A stretch of DNA of 64,000 nucleotides from Clostridia bacterium (GCA_017450025.1 JAFSYJ010000016.1:5487-69486), one strand, 5' to 3'. Shown: positions 1 to 11,800, counted from the first letter of the stretch. The notes: generated by a model from the sequence alone, not told the origin. Program-made: numbers and translations.

Positions 1-2337
1 CACCGTATTATGCGGACTTGACGGCTCGGGTGATATTTCCACAAGCTCTTCTGAATTGCTTAAAGGCATAATCTGAACGGGAGACGATGTAACGCTTTCA
101 CCATATACGGGTCCGCTTAACGAAGAAGGCGTTATCTCGTATTTTAAAAAGCTTCCGACCATACTTTCGGTAATGGATAAAACAGGCTCTGTTTCACCGT
201 CAATCGGTATATATACACCGTCTATCGTGGGGGAAGAAAGCCATCTGCATACGGAAAGTTCAGCCGTTTCAAAATTGGCGGAAAAGTGGTGCTTTCCCGT
301 TAAAACTTTGTATGGATATGGGTAGCCGCTTACTGTTACGTCTGACGCCCAAACCTCGGCTTTTTTGATTTTAAGGTTATCCATAAGAACAATCTGCGAG
401 TAATGCTCGGCAGGGGTATTAAAAGCAATCATTATTCTGCCTGTCATACTTTCGTTCGGTATAAAAACACGGTTAATCTCAGGAGAGTCTGACAATGTGA
501 ACTGCAAAACAGGCATACTTTCATCAAACGATGAACTGTCTGTATTATATACGATAAGCGTTACGACGGTATCAATGTCAGGCACGATTTTTTTGATATA
601 CGCGTCAAAAACATACGCCGCGCCGGCATCAAATTTGAAGACGGAATCCGCAAGTACGGCGGAAACATCTCCGTTAAATGTCAGACGCGCAAATCTATGA
701 CCGTCGGAAGGATAATATCCGTGATAATTTTTCACAATACTCAATTCGGAAGGAGAAGCTGTTTTAAAGCACTGACCGGAAGCCTGCACTTCAAAGCTTC
801 CGTCGCCGACAGATTCGTTTGTAATTTCAACTGTTTGGCTGGCGGATAAATCTGTGCCTACGGCATGTGAGTACAGTTTATATTGCCCTTCGGCCGCGCC
901 TTCCGAAACAATAATTTTGTTTTCGCTTACCGCAACGCCGTTTCCTTCAGGCTCGATACAGGCGTCAAATTCGTAGTCAGGGAGCAGGTTGCCTGCCTGA
1001 TCGCGCACTACAAAGCCGACAGGAACAGAAAGCGTATCGCTTTCGGGTATTGTGATGTGCGCCGGTATATCAAAAAGAATTTCTGACGGCGCAAGCTCCT
1101 CTTTATAAAGCCCGACAGAAGAAATATATACAGGGCGGTCATCAGGATTTATAAACTTGATTTTTATCTGATATATTCCCGATGCTTCGACTTCAAAAGC
1201 CGTCATGACCTCGCTTTCGTTACTGTCAGCGTTTAAAATATTAACATAAACGGTTCCATCGGGAGAAACGATTGATTCTGAGCTTTGCGTAAAGCGGGAG
1301 TGATAATCCTCCTCCGTAAAAATCCTTGCGCGGAGAACATATGTTACGCTGGGGTTGAGGAGATATGTTTTATCAATCGAAAGAGTAGCTGTGAAAACAT
1401 TTTCGTCTTGTTCTGTCGTTGCGATTTTTGCGGTAATTTTTCCGTCGTCTGAATGATACACGCTTAATGTGCCGTCTTCGGTTTCAAATCCGTTTAATTC
1501 AGGTAGGTCGGTAAAATGTCCGTTTTCAATATAATTGTTATCAGCCGTTATATTTATTGCATATATGGGAAGGTCAGAAGGTCCATAAGGTGAGGCGGCA
1601 TATATTTTAAATGTGTCGCCTGCCGAGGCGTTTGAGGTGACCGTAAGCGTGTTTGTTTCTTCGGAAAAATACATACCGTCAGGCAGGGGGGATGTGATTA
1701 TTTTGGCTGTGATAACCGGAAGAATGTTTCCGTACTCATCAATTGCCGCGGCATTATATTCATAATTGATTTCACCGAATTCGGGCACAAAAACATTGCG
1801 CGCACCCTCGATTTGAATTGAAACGGGTACAGACGCTTTTTCAGTCAGTTCCACACTGTCTATATAAACGCCGTAAGAGTATTCGGAATCAAATATATTG
1901 AGGCACAGCTCAAAAAGACCGTCAGACCCTGCAATAAACATTTGCCTGACTTCCTGCCACTGTTCGCCTATACCTATCACATCAAAGGTTATTCTGTTGT
2001 AATCATAGTCATAATCTGTTCTCAGGAAAGGGGCGGATAATGATGAGACCGTAGATTTGACCGACATTTTGAATTCATATAATTTGCCTTGTTCAAGCGG
2101 AACAGAATACATATAAGCGGACTGTCTGAAAACACCGTTATCGGCGGAGTACTCAAGCGGACTTTTTAAAAAAGCGCAAAACTCCCCGTCATACGGGTCG
2201 TCTTCGGATTGTACCGCGTTCACAAAGGGAATAGTTGATTCTTCAAAGCTGCCGTTAATAATTATTTGAGAATCAGCGCAGACAGGGATATATAAAAAAC
2301 TTAATACTATTAAAAAAGCAAAGAGTCGCCGTAACAT
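1..2337 (-). CDS. Secreted multi-module protein with repeated carbohydrate-binding-module-like (CBM4/9/22-type) beta-sandwich units; partial, C-terminus lies outside the window
   Basis: Absent from the supplied ORF track because it is open at the window edge. Reverse-complement reading from the ATG at 2337..2335 gives MLRRLFAFLIVLSFLYIPVCADSQIIINGSFEEST..., a signal-peptide-like N-terminus. The frame stays open to position 1. NGSFE / GDGSFE / ENGHFT motifs recur, as is typical at the start of CBM_4_9-like modules. Confidence 0.65.
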   Translation of the reverse strand, partial: MLRRLFAFLIVLSFLYIPVCADSQIIINGSFEESTIPFVNAVQSEDDPYDGEFCAFLKSPLEYSADNGVFRQSAYMYSVPLEQGKLYEFKMSVKSTVSSLSAPFLRTDYDYDYNRITFDVIGIGEQWQEVRQMFIAGSDGLFELCLNIFDSEYSYGVYIDSVELTEKASVPVSIQIEGARNVFVPEFGEINYEYNAAAIDEYGNILPVITAKIITSPLPDGMYFSEETNTLTVTSNASAGDTFKIYAASPYGPSDLPIYAINITADNNYIENGHFTDLPELNGFETEDGTLSVYHSDDGKITAKIATTEQDENVFTATLSIDKTYLLNPSVTYVLRARIFTEEDYHSRFTQSSESIVSPDGTVYVNILNADSNESEVMTAFEVEASGIYQIKIKFINPDDRPVYISSVGLYKEELAPSEILFDIPAHITIPESDTLSVPVGFVVRDQAGNLLPDYEFDACIEPEGNGVAVSENKIIVSEGAAEGQYKLYSHAVGTDLSASQTVEITNESVGDGSFEVQASGQCFKTASPSELSIVKNYHGYYPSDGHRFARLTFNGDVSAVLADSVFKFDAGAAYVFDAYIKKIVPDIDTVVTLIVYNTDSSSFDESMPVLQFTLSDSPEINRVFIPNESMTGRIMIAFNTPAEHYSQIVLMDNLKIKKAEVWASDVTVSGYPYPYKVLTGKHHFSANFETAELSVCRWLSSPTIDGVYIPIDGETEPVLSITESMVGSFLKYEITPSSLSGPVYGESVTSSPVQIMPLSNSEELVEISPEPSSPHNTV

Positions 2338-2542
2338 AATCTTCACTCACATTCATAATTACTATATAAATCATTGTATCATATACAACGAAAAAAGTAA
2401 ATATATTTTTAAGCTCACAAAAAACAATTTGTACGGTAAAATTTGAAAATGTTTTTTAATAAAAGCTTGATAAATCTGGAAAAATATAGTATAATGGATA
2501 GTGGATTGTTATAAAGATTTTCATATTGATAGGGTAAAAAAT

Positions 2543-3319
2543 ATGACAAAAAAACTTGAATCATTTTTATATGTGTTTTTGTATATAGCCTGTTACCTCG
2601 TTGCCAATGTGCTTGCGTTTTGCGCGTTGCCGCTTTTTCAGACATGGCGCGAGAGGGGCAACGCCGATGTGTTTATATATAATCTCACGCGTATTCAGTC
2701 TTCGTCGATATATGCACTTATAATATCGCTTGTTTTGTCGCTTTTGATGTTTTGGGGCATTTTTAAAATCCGCAAACAGCCCAAAAGCTCATATATAAAG
2801 ACAGGCAGGCTTACGGTCAAAAGCATAGCCGCAGCGGTGTTTTTAACATACGGTCTTAACGCCGTCAGCGAGCTTATAGCCTCGCTAAAGGTGCTGGAGC
2901 CTTACACAGAGTATTACAATACCACGCTGGAATCCGTTTTAAACGGCAATATCTGGGTTATACTTTTTGCGGTTGGTTTTTTTGCGCCCGTGTTTGAGGA
3001 GGTTATGTACAGGGGACTGATTTTGTCGGAGTTCAACCGCGCGTTTCCGTTCTTAATCGCAAATCTGTTTCAGGCGCTCGCGTTTGGTATAATGCACTTT
3101 AATCCCATTCAGAGCATATATACATTTGTCGTTGGCTTTGCGCTCGGTTATGTTTATAAAAAAAGCGGTACGATATACCTCACAATTCTTATCCACATTA
3201 TGTTCAATGTGGGCAATGTGATTGCAGGCTCGGTGCAAATGAGTTATACGGTACTTGCCGTAAGCGCCACCGCGTCGCTTTTTGTGGGATACAGGCTTTT
3301 GGATAGTAAAATCAAATAA
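2543..3319 (+). CDS. CPBP family intramembrane glutamic endopeptidase (CAAX protease / Abi family)
   Basis: Multi-TM protein with the EExxxR motif (FAPVFEEVMYRGLI), FxxxH (FGIMHF) and a distal HIMFN motif. I prefer the ATG at 2543 (MTKKLESF...) over the GTG at 2501. Confidence 0.85.
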   Translation: MTKKLESFLYVFLYIACYLVANVLAFCALPLFQTWRERGNADVFIYNLTRIQSSSIYALIISLVLSLLMFWGIFKIRKQPKSSYIKTGRLTVKSIAAAVFLTYGLNAVSELIASLKVLEPYTEYYNTTLESVLNGNIWVILFAVGFFAPVFEEVMYRGLILSEFNRAFPFLIANLFQALAFGIMHFNPIQSIYTFVVGFALGYVYKKSGTIYLTILIHIMFNVGNVIAGSVQMSYTVLAVSATASLFVGYRLLDSKIK

Positions 3320-3352
3320 AAATATAAATAATTTTTAGGAGTTGACTTTAGA

Positions 3353-4180
3353 ATGCAGTACATACAGTCTATAATTTTAGGTCTTGTTCAGGGCTTGACG
3401 GAGTTTTTGCCCGTTTCAAGTTCGGGACATTTGGCAATTTTCAAGCATATTTTCGGTGAAGGCTTTTTTACAAGCGGCATAACATTTGATATAATGCTTC
3501 ATATCGGTACGCTTATAGCTGTTTTTGCCGTTTACTATAAGGACATCTGGGAGCTTATTCTGGAGTTCTTCCGCCTTATCGGCGATATTTTCAGAGGCAG
3601 ATTTGAAATCAAAACGCCGTATCGCAGAATGCTTTTGATGCTTATCGTAGCAAGTATTCCGGCGGCTGTTTTCGGAATGCTCGTCAAGGACTTTATCGAG
3701 AGCATCTCAGAAGACAGACTTTGGGTAGTCGGCATATGCCTTTTCATCACCGCGTTTCTTTTGTTTATCAGTGATAAGATATCAAAAGGCACAAAAGAAG
3801 CCCAAGACCTCACGGTCGGCAGTTCGCTTGTCGTAGGGCTGTTTCAGGCGTTTGCGGTACTTCCGGGCATAAGCCGCTCGGGCTCGACCATCGTCGGCGG
3901 ACTTTTTAACGGATTTTCACGCGAGTTTGCTGTTAAATTCTCGTTCCTTTTGTCGATACCCGCGATACTCGGAGCGGCGCTTCTGGACTTTAAAGATGTA
4001 CTCTCCACAGGCTTTGATATGTCGCCCCTTGCCGCGCTTTTGGGCGTAGTTGTTGCGGCTGCAAGCGGATTTTGGGCAATCAAGGTGCTTCTCAAGGTCG
4101 TCAAAAACGGCAAGTTCAGATTTTTTGCATACTACTGCGCGCTCGCAGGAGTGGTTACTTTGATAATCAGTTTTATTTAA
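3353..4180 (+). CDS. uppP: Undecaprenyl-diphosphate phosphatase
   Basis: Carries the BacA/UppP signature LGLVQGLTEFLPVSSSGHL and PGISRSGSTI. It is a polytopic membrane protein of typical length (275 aa). Confidence 0.95.
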   Translation: MQYIQSIILGLVQGLTEFLPVSSSGHLAIFKHIFGEGFFTSGITFDIMLHIGTLIAVFAVYYKDIWELILEFFRLIGDIFRGRFEIKTPYRRMLLMLIVASIPAAVFGMLVKDFIESISEDRLWVVGICLFITAFLLFISDKISKGTKEAQDLTVGSSLVVGLFQAFAVLPGISRSGSTIVGGLFNGFSREFAVKFSFLLSIPAILGAALLDFKDVLSTGFDMSPLAALLGVVVAAASGFWAIKVLLKVVKNGKFRFFAYYCALAGVVTLIISFI

Positions 4181-4191
4181 GGAGAAAATAA

Positions 4192-6540
4192 ATGGCACAA
4201 CGAAAACGAATTTCGCAGACTAAAAGAAAGGTCACAAAACCGGAAAAGAATAAAGAGCCGAAGAATAAAATACTGACGGGTGAAATGTGGGCTATCATAA
4301 TAGTCGGCATCGGCATTTTGTTTGGCGTCAGCTTTTACTTTGACGCCGCAGGCGTACTCGGCAGCTTTCTTAAAAGCCTCGGTCTTGGGCTTATTGGCGT
4401 TGTTGCGTATGCAGTTCCGCTGGTGCTTGTGATTTTCGGCTTATGCTACCTTTTTGACAGAAAAATCAAGCCGCGCGCCGTGTGGTTTTTCGCGGGGCTT
4501 TTTGCGTGTATTGCGGCGTTTATCCACCTTTGCAGTGCATATGACGCGGAATTCATAGACTGTTATACGCTTGGCACATTTAATGTCGGCGGCGGAGTTA
4601 TCGGCGGCGCTATTATCAAGCTTTTGTCGTTTGCGGGCAGATGGGGAACAGGCATAATCCTTTTTACGGCGGTCATAGTCCTTTTGATGATACTCACATC
4701 TTTCTCGCCGCGTGATTTTATCCGCAGACTTAAAGAAAATTATCAAAAGCGCAATATCGAGGGAGAAAAGCCGCAGGATAAACAGGAAAAGCCCGAAAAG
4801 CCAACCGCAGCGCCCAAAAAACCGATTGAGGAAAAACCGCTTCCGGTGCCTTTTGACGAGCAGGACTTTAAGATAATTTCGCACGATCAGGTGACTATCC
4901 CCGATGTATCTGCGGAGGACAAGCCCGAAAGGCTGTCACAGCCCGAAAACAAGAAAAGTGCGGAAGAGCTTATGAACGAGGAGCTGCAAAAGACGGAGGC
5001 AAACACCAAAAAAGAAGTTTTGGAGGCAATTCCGCAGGAGGAAATCGCAAAAGAGATAGAAAATGCAAAACCGCGTCAGGAGTACAGATACCCGACTCTT
5101 GACTTGCTCTCAAAGCCGCAAAAGCCGAAAAAGCAGGATAAAACAGACGACCTTAGAGAAAACGCCAAAAAGCTGATAGAAACATTAAAGAGCTTCGGCG
5201 TTGACGCAAAGATACTCGAAGTCACACAGGGACCGAGCGTTACGCGCTACGAAATTCAACCGAGCGCGGGCGTAAAGGTCAGTAAGATAGTAAACCTTGC
5301 CGATGACATCGCGCTTAACCTTGCGGCGCTCGGCGTCAGAATAGAAGCTCCGATTCCGGGCAAAGCTGCCGTCGGGATAGAGATACCTAATCAGTCGCGC
5401 GCGATGGTAACGCTGCGTGAGGTTTTGTCGAGTGACGCTTTCCAAAACGCAAAGTCCAAAACGGCGTTTGCGATAGGCAAGGATATATCGGGTACACCGA
5501 TAGTTTCGGATATTTCAAAAATGCCTCACCTTCTTATTGCGGGTACTACGGGTTCAGGTAAGAGCGTATTTGAAAGCTCGATAATTTTAAGCCTTTTGTA
5601 TAATGCAAGCCCCGACGAGGTCAAGCTTTTGATGATAGACCCCAAAAAGGTCGAAATGCAAATGTACGAAGGCATACCGCATCTTTTGATACCGATAGTA
5701 ACAGAGCCGCGTAAGGCTGCAGGCGCACTTAATTGGGCGGTTACGGAAATGGTAAACCGCTACCAGATGTTTTCCGACTGCGGCGTAAGGAATATGGAAG
5801 GCTACAACGAATATGCAGAGCAGGAGGGCATACCCAAACTGCCGAGCATAGTTATAATAATAGACGAGCTGTCAGACCTTATGATGGCAGCGCCCAAAGA
5901 AGTCGAAGACTCAATTTGCCGCCTTGCACAGATGGCGCGTGCCGCAGGTATGCACCTTGTTATCGCAACGCAAAGACCTTCTGTCGATGTCATCACGGGA
6001 CTGATTAAGGCAAATATTCCGTCAAGAGTAGCGCTCAAGGTTTCAAACCAGATAGATTCGAGAACGATTATAGATATGATGGGCGCAGAAAAGCTGCTCG
6101 GTCACGGTGATTTGCTGTTTTTGCCTGTCGGTGCGTCAAAGCCGATACGCGTTCAGGGCGCGTGGGTTCCCGATGATGAGATACGCCGCGTTGTAGATTA
6201 CATAAAGGGCGATACAGAGCCTGAATATGATGAGGATATTATAGAACGGATTGAAAGTGCCGACAAACCCGAGATGGACGAGGACGACCCCGGGGATTCA
6301 GACCCGCTGCTTCCGCAAGCAATCGAAATGGTAGTGGATTCTGGACAGGCTTCGGTATCGTGGGTTCAGAGAAAGCTCAAGGTCGGTTATGCACGCGCAG
6401 GGCGCATTGTTGACCAAATGGAAGCGCGCGGCATTGTAGGACCGCATGAAGGCTCAAAACCGCGTCAGGTACTTATAAATAAGGCGCAGTTCTATGAAAT
6501 GATGATGAGCACCGACGAATCTTTACACCCTGAAGAATAA
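4192..6540 (+). CDS. ftsK: DNA translocase FtsK/SpoIIIE
   Basis: N-terminal TM segments are followed by a charged/Pro-rich linker. Walker A is present (GTTGSGKSV), as is the motor motif [11 protein letters not shown] and a C-terminal winged-helix gamma domain ([19 protein letters not shown]). RBS AAGGAG lies upstream. Confidence 0.95.
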   Translation: MAQRKRISQTKRKVTKPEKNKEPKNKILTGEMWAIIIVGIGILFGVSFYFDAAGVLGSFLKSLGLGLIGVVAYAVPLVLVIFGLCYLFDRKIKPRAVWFFAGLFACIAAFIHLCSAYDAEFIDCYTLGTFNVGGGVIGGAIIKLLSFAGRWGTGIILFTAVIVLLMILTSFSPRDFIRRLKENYQKRNIEGEKPQDKQEKPEKPTAAPKKPIEEKPLPVPFDEQDFKIISHDQVTIPDVSAEDKPERLSQPENKKSAEELMNEELQKTEANTKKEVLEAIPQEEIAKEIENAKPRQEYRYPTLDLLSKPQKPKKQDKTDDLRENAKKLIETLKSFGVDAKILEVTQGPSVTRYEIQPSAGVKVSKIVNLADDIALNLAALGVRIEAPIPGKAAVGIEIPNQSRAMVTLREVLSSDAFQNAKSKTAFAIGKDISGTPIVSDISKMPHLLIAGTTGSGKSVFESSIILSLLYNASPDEVKLLMIDPKKVEMQMYEGIPHLLIPIVTEPRKAAGALNWAVTEMVNRYQMFSDCGVRNMEGYNEYAEQEGIPKLPSIVIIIDELSDLMMAAPKEVEDSICRLAQMARAAGMHLVIATQRPSVDVITGLIKANIPSRVALKVSNQIDSRTIIDMMGAEKLLGHGDLLFLPVGASKPIRVQGAWVPDDEIRRVVDYIKGDTEPEYDEDIIERIESADKPEMDEDDPGDSDPLLPQAIEMVVDSGQASVSWVQRKLKVGYARAGRIVDQMEARGIVGPHEGSKPRQVLINKAQFYEMMMSTDESLHPEE

Positions 6541-6557
6541 CTGATACGAGGTATATA

Positions 6558-8477
6558 ATGCTTGGAATAGACTACGGCTTTTTACCTGTTTCAACTGAAG
6601 AAGTAAAAGCTCTCGGCTGGGATCAATACGATTTTTTGCTTGTATCGGGCGATGCGTATGTTGACCATCCCTCGTTCGGAGCGGCAATTATCGGCAGAGT
6701 GCTGGAGGCGGAAGGCTACCGCGTTGTAATGCTCCCACAGCCCGATTGGCACAGTAAAGATGACTTTATCAAGTTTGGCAGACCGCGCCTCGGCGTAATG
6801 ATTTCGGGCGGCAATATTGATTCTATGGTAAATCACTATACCGCCGCCAAAAAGCGCAGGAGCGAGGATCTGTATTCAAACGGCGGCGAGGCGGGACACC
6901 GCCCCGACCGGTGTACGATAGTTTATTCAAACCGCATAAGAGAGGCTTTTGGCGATATTCCGCTCATTGTAGGCGGGCTTGAAGCCAGCCTGCGACGCTT
7001 TGCACATTATGACTATTGGGATAATAAGGTCAGACATTCGCTTATTGTGGACAGTCAGGCTGATATAATTTGCTACGGAATGGGCGAGAGGTCAACCGTT
7101 GAAATTGCAAACGCCCTAAATGCAGGCGTGCCCATCAGCGATATAAACTATGTAAGCGGCACGGTCTATAAAACAAGCGAGCCGCCAAAGGATAGCATAG
7201 AGCTTGAATCCTTTGAAGAGGTATCGACCGGTAAAACGGCTTACGCCAAAGCGATGCAAACGGAGTATAATAATCAGGACCCCTTTAAGGGCAAAACGCT
7301 TTGCCAAAAGCATGGCAAAATATATGTTGTCCAAAATCCTCCGTCAAAGCCACTTTCGCAAAGCGAAATGGACAGGGTTTATGCCTTGCCTTATACGCGG
7401 AGCGTGCATCCTATGTATAAAGACGGCGTTCCTGCGATTGAAGAAGTCAAGTTCAGCATAACATCGTCACGCGGCTGTTTCGGTGCTTGCAATTTTTGTG
7501 CGCTGACCTTTCATCAGGGCAGGATAATTCAGGCAAGAAGCCATAAATCAATTATAAACGAAGCCAAAAATATGACTTACGACCCCGACTTTAAGGGGTA
7601 TATTCACGATGTGGGAGGTCCTACGGCAAACTTCCGCACGCCTGCTTGCGATAACCAGTTAAAGCACGGCGCGTGCATTGGCAAACAATGCCTTTTCCCC
7701 CAGCCGTGTAAAAATCTTAAAATCGACCATACGGATTATATAAATCTTTTGCGTAAGTTGCGCGCCATAGACGGCGTTAAGCGCGTCTTTATCCGTTCGG
7801 GCATACGGTATGATTATCTTATACACGATAAAAACGACGAATTTTTTAAAGAACTTTGCAAGTATCATGTGAGCGGTCAGCTCAAGGTAGCGCCCGAGCA
7901 TGTTTCAGAGCGCGTTTTAAAGGCTATGGGCAAGCCGCCCGTCAGCGTTTATGAGAAGTTCCGCAAAAAGTTTTATGAGATAAACGACGAGATAGGCAAG
8001 GAGCAGTATTTAGTGCCTTATCTTATGTCGAGCCACCCGGGAAGTACGCTTGCAGACGCCATTGAACTTGCGCTGTATCTTAAAAAGTGGGGGATACGCC
8101 CCCGGCAGGTGCAGGATTTTTATCCCACACCGGGTACGATTTCAACGGCGCAGTATTACACAGGCATCGACCCTATAACAATGAAGAAAATATTTGTGCC
8201 GAAATCACAAGAGGAAAAGGCTATGCAAAGAGCACTTTTGCAATATACAAAGCCTGAAAACTATAATCTTGTTTACAAAGCACTTATAAAGGCAGGACGC
8301 GAAGATTTAATAGGATATTCGGATAAATGCCTTATAAAACCGAGGAGGAATACGAATGAAAGCAAAAATTTTGGACGGAAAGGCAGTTTCCAAAAGGATA
8401 AAGGAAGAACTGAAAAACGAGGTGGAGGTACTGTCGCAAAACGGGGCAAAACCGGGACTCGCAGTAATAATCGTTGA
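6558..8477 (+). CDS. ygiQ: YgiQ family radical SAM protein (UPF0313)
   Basis: N-terminal YgiQ-type domain, radical SAM cluster motif [18 protein letters not shown], and a Lys/Arg-rich C-terminal tail. The last 122 nt overlap folD in another frame. Confidence 0.9.
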   Translation: MLGIDYGFLPVSTEEVKALGWDQYDFLLVSGDAYVDHPSFGAAIIGRVLEAEGYRVVMLPQPDWHSKDDFIKFGRPRLGVMISGGNIDSMVNHYTAAKKRRSEDLYSNGGEAGHRPDRCTIVYSNRIREAFGDIPLIVGGLEASLRRFAHYDYWDNKVRHSLIVDSQADIICYGMGERSTVEIANALNAGVPISDINYVSGTVYKTSEPPKDSIELESFEEVSTGKTAYAKAMQTEYNNQDPFKGKTLCQKHGKIYVVQNPPSKPLSQSEMDRVYALPYTRSVHPMYKDGVPAIEEVKFSITSSRGCFGACNFCALTFHQGRIIQARSHKSIINEAKNMTYDPDFKGYIHDVGGPTANFRTPACDNQLKHGACIGKQCLFPQPCKNLKIDHTDYINLLRKLRAIDGVKRVFIRSGIRYDYLIHDKNDEFFKELCKYHVSGQLKVAPEHVSERVLKAMGKPPVSVYEKFRKKFYEINDEIGKEQYLVPYLMSSHPGSTLADAIELALYLKKWGIRPRQVQDFYPTPGTISTAQYYTGIDPITMKKIFVPKSQEEKAMQRALLQYTKPENYNLVYKALIKAGREDLIGYSDKCLIKPRRNTNESKNFGRKGSFQKDKGRTEKRGGGTVAKRGKTGTRSNNR

Positions 8478-9207
8478 GGGCGACAGCGCATCGCGAATTT
8501 ATGTGAATAATAAGAAAAAGGCATGCGCGGAGGTCGGCATAAATTCCGAGGAATATGCACTTCCGTCAGATGTTTCCGAAGATGAGCTTCTTAAGCTTAT
8601 TGATACACTTAATAAAAGAGACGATATTGACGGCATACTTGTTCAGCTCCCGCTGCCGCGCCATATTGACGAAGAAAAAATAATTATGGCGATAGACCCA
8701 AAAAAAGATGTTGACGCATTTCACCCCGTAAATACGGGTAAAATTATGATAGGTAATTTTGACTTTTTGCCATGCACACCGGCGGGCGTTATGGAGCTTA
8801 TCCACGAAAGCGGAATACAGGTGCAGGGTAAGGACGCCGTTGTTATAGGCAGAAGTAATATAGTCGGCAAGCCGATGGCAATGCTTCTCCTCCACGAGAG
8901 CGCAACCGTGACCGTTTGCCATTCCAAAACGCAAGACCTGAAGCAAAAGGTCAAAAATGCGGATATAGTTGTCGCCGCAGTCGGCAGGGCAAACTTTGTA
9001 ACTGCCGATATGGTAAAAGACGGAGCGGTCGTAATAGATGTCGGTATAAACCGTACAGAGGAGGGACTGCGCGGCGATGTTGACTTTGACGCGGTTTCCG
9101 AAGTCGCAGGCGCGATAACTCCCGTGCCGGGCGGCGTAGGACCTATGACTATCGCAATGCTTATGCGTAACACCGTTACATCATTCAAATTAAGGGATAT
9201 AAGATGA
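8356..9207 (+). CDS. folD: Bifunctional methylenetetrahydrofolate dehydrogenase / methenyltetrahydrofolate cyclohydrolase
   Basis: [20 protein letters not shown]... is a classic FolD N-terminus. Also present are [16 protein letters not shown] and [15 protein letters not shown] strong RBS (GAGGAGG) lies 6 nt upstream of the ATG at 8356. Confidence 0.95.
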   Translation: MKAKILDGKAVSKRIKEELKNEVEVLSQNGAKPGLAVIIVEGDSASRIYVNNKKKACAEVGINSEEYALPSDVSEDELLKLIDTLNKRDDIDGILVQLPLPRHIDEEKIIMAIDPKKDVDAFHPVNTGKIMIGNFDFLPCTPAGVMELIHESGIQVQGKDAVVIGRSNIVGKPMAMLLLHESATVTVCHSKTQDLKQKVKNADIVVAAVGRANFVTADMVKDGAVVIDVGINRTEEGLRGDVDFDAVSEVAGAITPVPGGVGPMTIAMLMRNTVTSFKLRDIR

Positions 9208-11234
9208 AAAAATCAGAGCTTTTAGCACCTGCGGGGAGCCTTGACTCGCTTAAAGCCGCCGTAAGATGCGGCGCAGACGCAGTATATTTCGGGCTTAAAG
9301 ACTTCAGCGCAAGAGAGGGCGCGCAAAATATCTCATACGACGAGCTTGACGAAGCCGTAAAATTCTGCCATTTGCGCGACAGCAAGGCTTATGTGGCTTT
9401 AAATACTCTGCTTCTCTCGCGCGAATATAACGAATTTGCAAAAGCTGTGGAACGCATCTCTCTCGCAGGCGTTGACGGCGTTATAGTGCAGGACTTGGGC
9501 GCGGCAGAAATCATAAAGTCCGTATCGCCCGATATGCCCCTGCACGCAAGTACGCAGATGTCCACTCACTCGCTCGAGGGCGTCAGGTTTCTCGCGCGCC
9601 ACGGCTTTACGCGTGTTGTAACGGCGCGGGAGCTTTCACGCGATGATGTAAAATATATCTGCCAAAACACGGATACCGAGATAGAAGTGTTTGTTCACGG
9701 CGCGCTGTGTGTGTCGTATTCGGGCAAGTGCCTATTAAGCAGTATGATAGGCAGGCGGAGCGGCAACCGCGGCAAATGTGCCCAGCCGTGCAGGCTTCCG
9801 TATAAAATGGGCGGTTCGCAAGGATATTTTTTAAGTCCGTACGACCTCTGCCTTTTAGACGATGTGCGCGATATGTCGGAGTTTCCTGTTGCCTCTCTTA
9901 AAATCGAGGGAAGAATGAAGTCGCCGTCATATGTTGCGCTTGTGACATCAATATACAGAAAGGCTCTTGACGGCGAGAAGATAACAGATGATGACCGCGA
10001 GGAGCTTAAAGAAATTTTTTGCCGCGGAGAGCATTTTACAAGAGCGTACTACGGCGGCGAAAAAAACATAATAAATAAAAATCTGTCAAACGAAAAAACA
10101 GGCAAAACAGCGTCTGCAAAACTGCTTTCACGGGCAAAAAACCTGTCCGAAAAAGAGGGCAAACGCGGTAAAATAAGCCTTGAGCTTACCGCAAACAATA
10201 ATCTTGCCGTACTGACGGCAAAAAAAAGCGGCATTACCGTTACCGCAAGCGCGCAGATGACATCAACCCCGCTTGAGCGCGAAAGAGTAACAGAACAGCT
10301 TGCAAAATTGGGCAGTACGCCTTTTTACGCGGAAAGTATAGAAGTAAACGGAGAATTCGGGCTTAAGATTTCCGAGCTTAATGAACTGCGGCGCAAATGC
10401 TGCGAAAAGCTTGAAAATTCCGCCCAAACTTGCCCGTACAGGATAGAAAAATTTGAAAATCAGATAAAAAAATCACAAAAACAAAACGCAAAAACGCAGA
10501 TTTCGGCGTGCGTTCGTACAGAAGAACAGCTTAAAGCCTTGTCGGGCAAGGTCAAAAAGCTTTATATTCCGCTCTATATGACGGGTTTTACGCAAGAAAT
10601 AAATGCATCAGCCGCGCTTGTTCTGCCTGCTGTCATTCACCGTGGCGAGCAGAAAGAGGCGCTTAAAAATATACAAAAGGCATTGGAGCGCGGAGCAGAT
10701 GAAATCGTATGCCAAAGCGTTGATAATATTGAACTTGTAAAGGACTTTAAATGCCGCAAAACGGCAGGGTTTGAGCTTAATATCACAAACCCCGTAAGCC
10801 TTGAGTTTTACGAAAGCGCAGGACTGGGCGGCTTTACTCTCTCGCCCGAACTGTCGTTTGAGCAAATGCGCGAGCTTGCGCACAGTACGCAAAGCCCTGT
10901 AAACGCCGTTGTTTACGGCAGACTGCCGCTGATGCTGACGCAGGTGTGCTTTATGAACTGCAAAACAAAGGATTGCAGGGCTGCCCTGACCGACAGGACA
11001 AATACGCGCTTTCCGATACAGCGCGAGGGCAATTCGTGCAGAAATATTATTTTTAACTCAAGACCGCTTTACCTTGCTGACAAGGAGTACGACTGTTATT
11101 CGCTTTCGGAGGGGATAATGTATTTTACAACGGAAAGCGGAGCGGAGTGTCTTGAGACGATTGACTTGTATAAGGCTAAAGCACCTTTCGACGGCGAATA
11201 TACACGCGGCTACCAATGCGGAGGAAAATACTGA
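9204..11234 (+). CDS. U32 family peptidase (collagenase-like / RlhA-TrhP-type family)
   Basis: [30 protein letters not shown] is a typical U32 N-terminus. The conserved E-x-F-x-H-G-A-L-C-x-S-Y-S-G-x-C motif is present (EVFVHGALCVSYSGKC). The start overlaps the folD stop (ATGA). Confidence 0.85.
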   Translation: MKKSELLAPAGSLDSLKAAVRCGADAVYFGLKDFSAREGAQNISYDELDEAVKFCHLRDSKAYVALNTLLLSREYNEFAKAVERISLAGVDGVIVQDLGAAEIIKSVSPDMPLHASTQMSTHSLEGVRFLARHGFTRVVTARELSRDDVKYICQNTDTEIEVFVHGALCVSYSGKCLLSSMIGRRSGNRGKCAQPCRLPYKMGGSQGYFLSPYDLCLLDDVRDMSEFPVASLKIEGRMKSPSYVALVTSIYRKALDGEKITDDDREELKEIFCRGEHFTRAYYGGEKNIINKNLSNEKTGKTASAKLLSRAKNLSEKEGKRGKISLELTANNNLAVLTAKKSGITVTASAQMTSTPLERERVTEQLAKLGSTPFYAESIEVNGEFGLKISELNELRRKCCEKLENSAQTCPYRIEKFENQIKKSQKQNAKTQISACVRTEEQLKALSGKVKKLYIPLYMTGFTQEINASAALVLPAVIHRGEQKEALKNIQKALERGADEIVCQSVDNIELVKDFKCRKTAGFELNITNPVSLEFYESAGLGGFTLSPELSFEQMRELAHSTQSPVNAVVYGRLPLMLTQVCFMNCKTKDCRAALTDRTNTRFPIQREGNSCRNIIFNSRPLYLADKEYDCYSLSEGIMYFTTESGAECLETIDLYKAKAPFDGEYTRGYQCGGKY

Positions 11235-11800
11235 TGGAGATTATACTTGCTTCGGCTTCGCCGAGGAGGAGAGAAATACTTGAAAACGCAGGGATAAGGT
11301 TTAAGGTTTGTCCTGCCGATGTTGACGAAACTACCGATAAAACCGAGCCTTCCGAATATGTCACGGAGCTTGCAAAACGCAAGGCAGAGGCTCTTGACTG
11401 CGGCAGAAACATCATTGTTGCCGCCGATACGGTCGTGGCAACAGGGAGCGAAATTCTGGGCAAGCCACGCGATGACGGTGACGCCGCGAGAATGCTTACT
11501 CTTTTGTCGGGCAAGGCGCATCAGGTTTATACCGCGGTCAGCGTCAGGAGCAAGGATAAATCCGTGACCTTTTGCGAAAAGACAGATGTTTATTTTAAAG
11601 AGCTTACAAAAGAGCAGATAGATTGGTATATAAAAACAGGCGAGCCGCGAGATAAGGCAGGCGCGTACGCTATACAGGGCAAGGGAGCTGTTTTTATTAA
11701 AAAAATCGACGGCGACTACCTCAATGTTATCGGACTGCCTCTGTCAAGGCTTTATGATGTTTTGCATAAAAATTTTGAAGGATTTGATAAAAATGAGTAA
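11234..11800 (+). CDS. maf: Maf family nucleoside triphosphate pyrophosphatase (septum formation protein)
   Basis: ILASASPRRREIL, DTVV and AGAYAIQG motifs. The ATG at 11234 is preceded by GGAGG and overlaps the U32 stop (TGATG). Confidence 0.9.
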   Translation: MEIILASASPRRREILENAGIRFKVCPADVDETTDKTEPSEYVTELAKRKAEALDCGRNIIVAADTVVATGSEILGKPRDDGDAARMLTLLSGKAHQVYTAVSVRSKDKSVTFCEKTDVYFKELTKEQIDWYIKTGEPRDKAGAYAIQGKGAVFIKKIDGDYLNVIGLPLSRLYDVLHKNFEGFDKNE

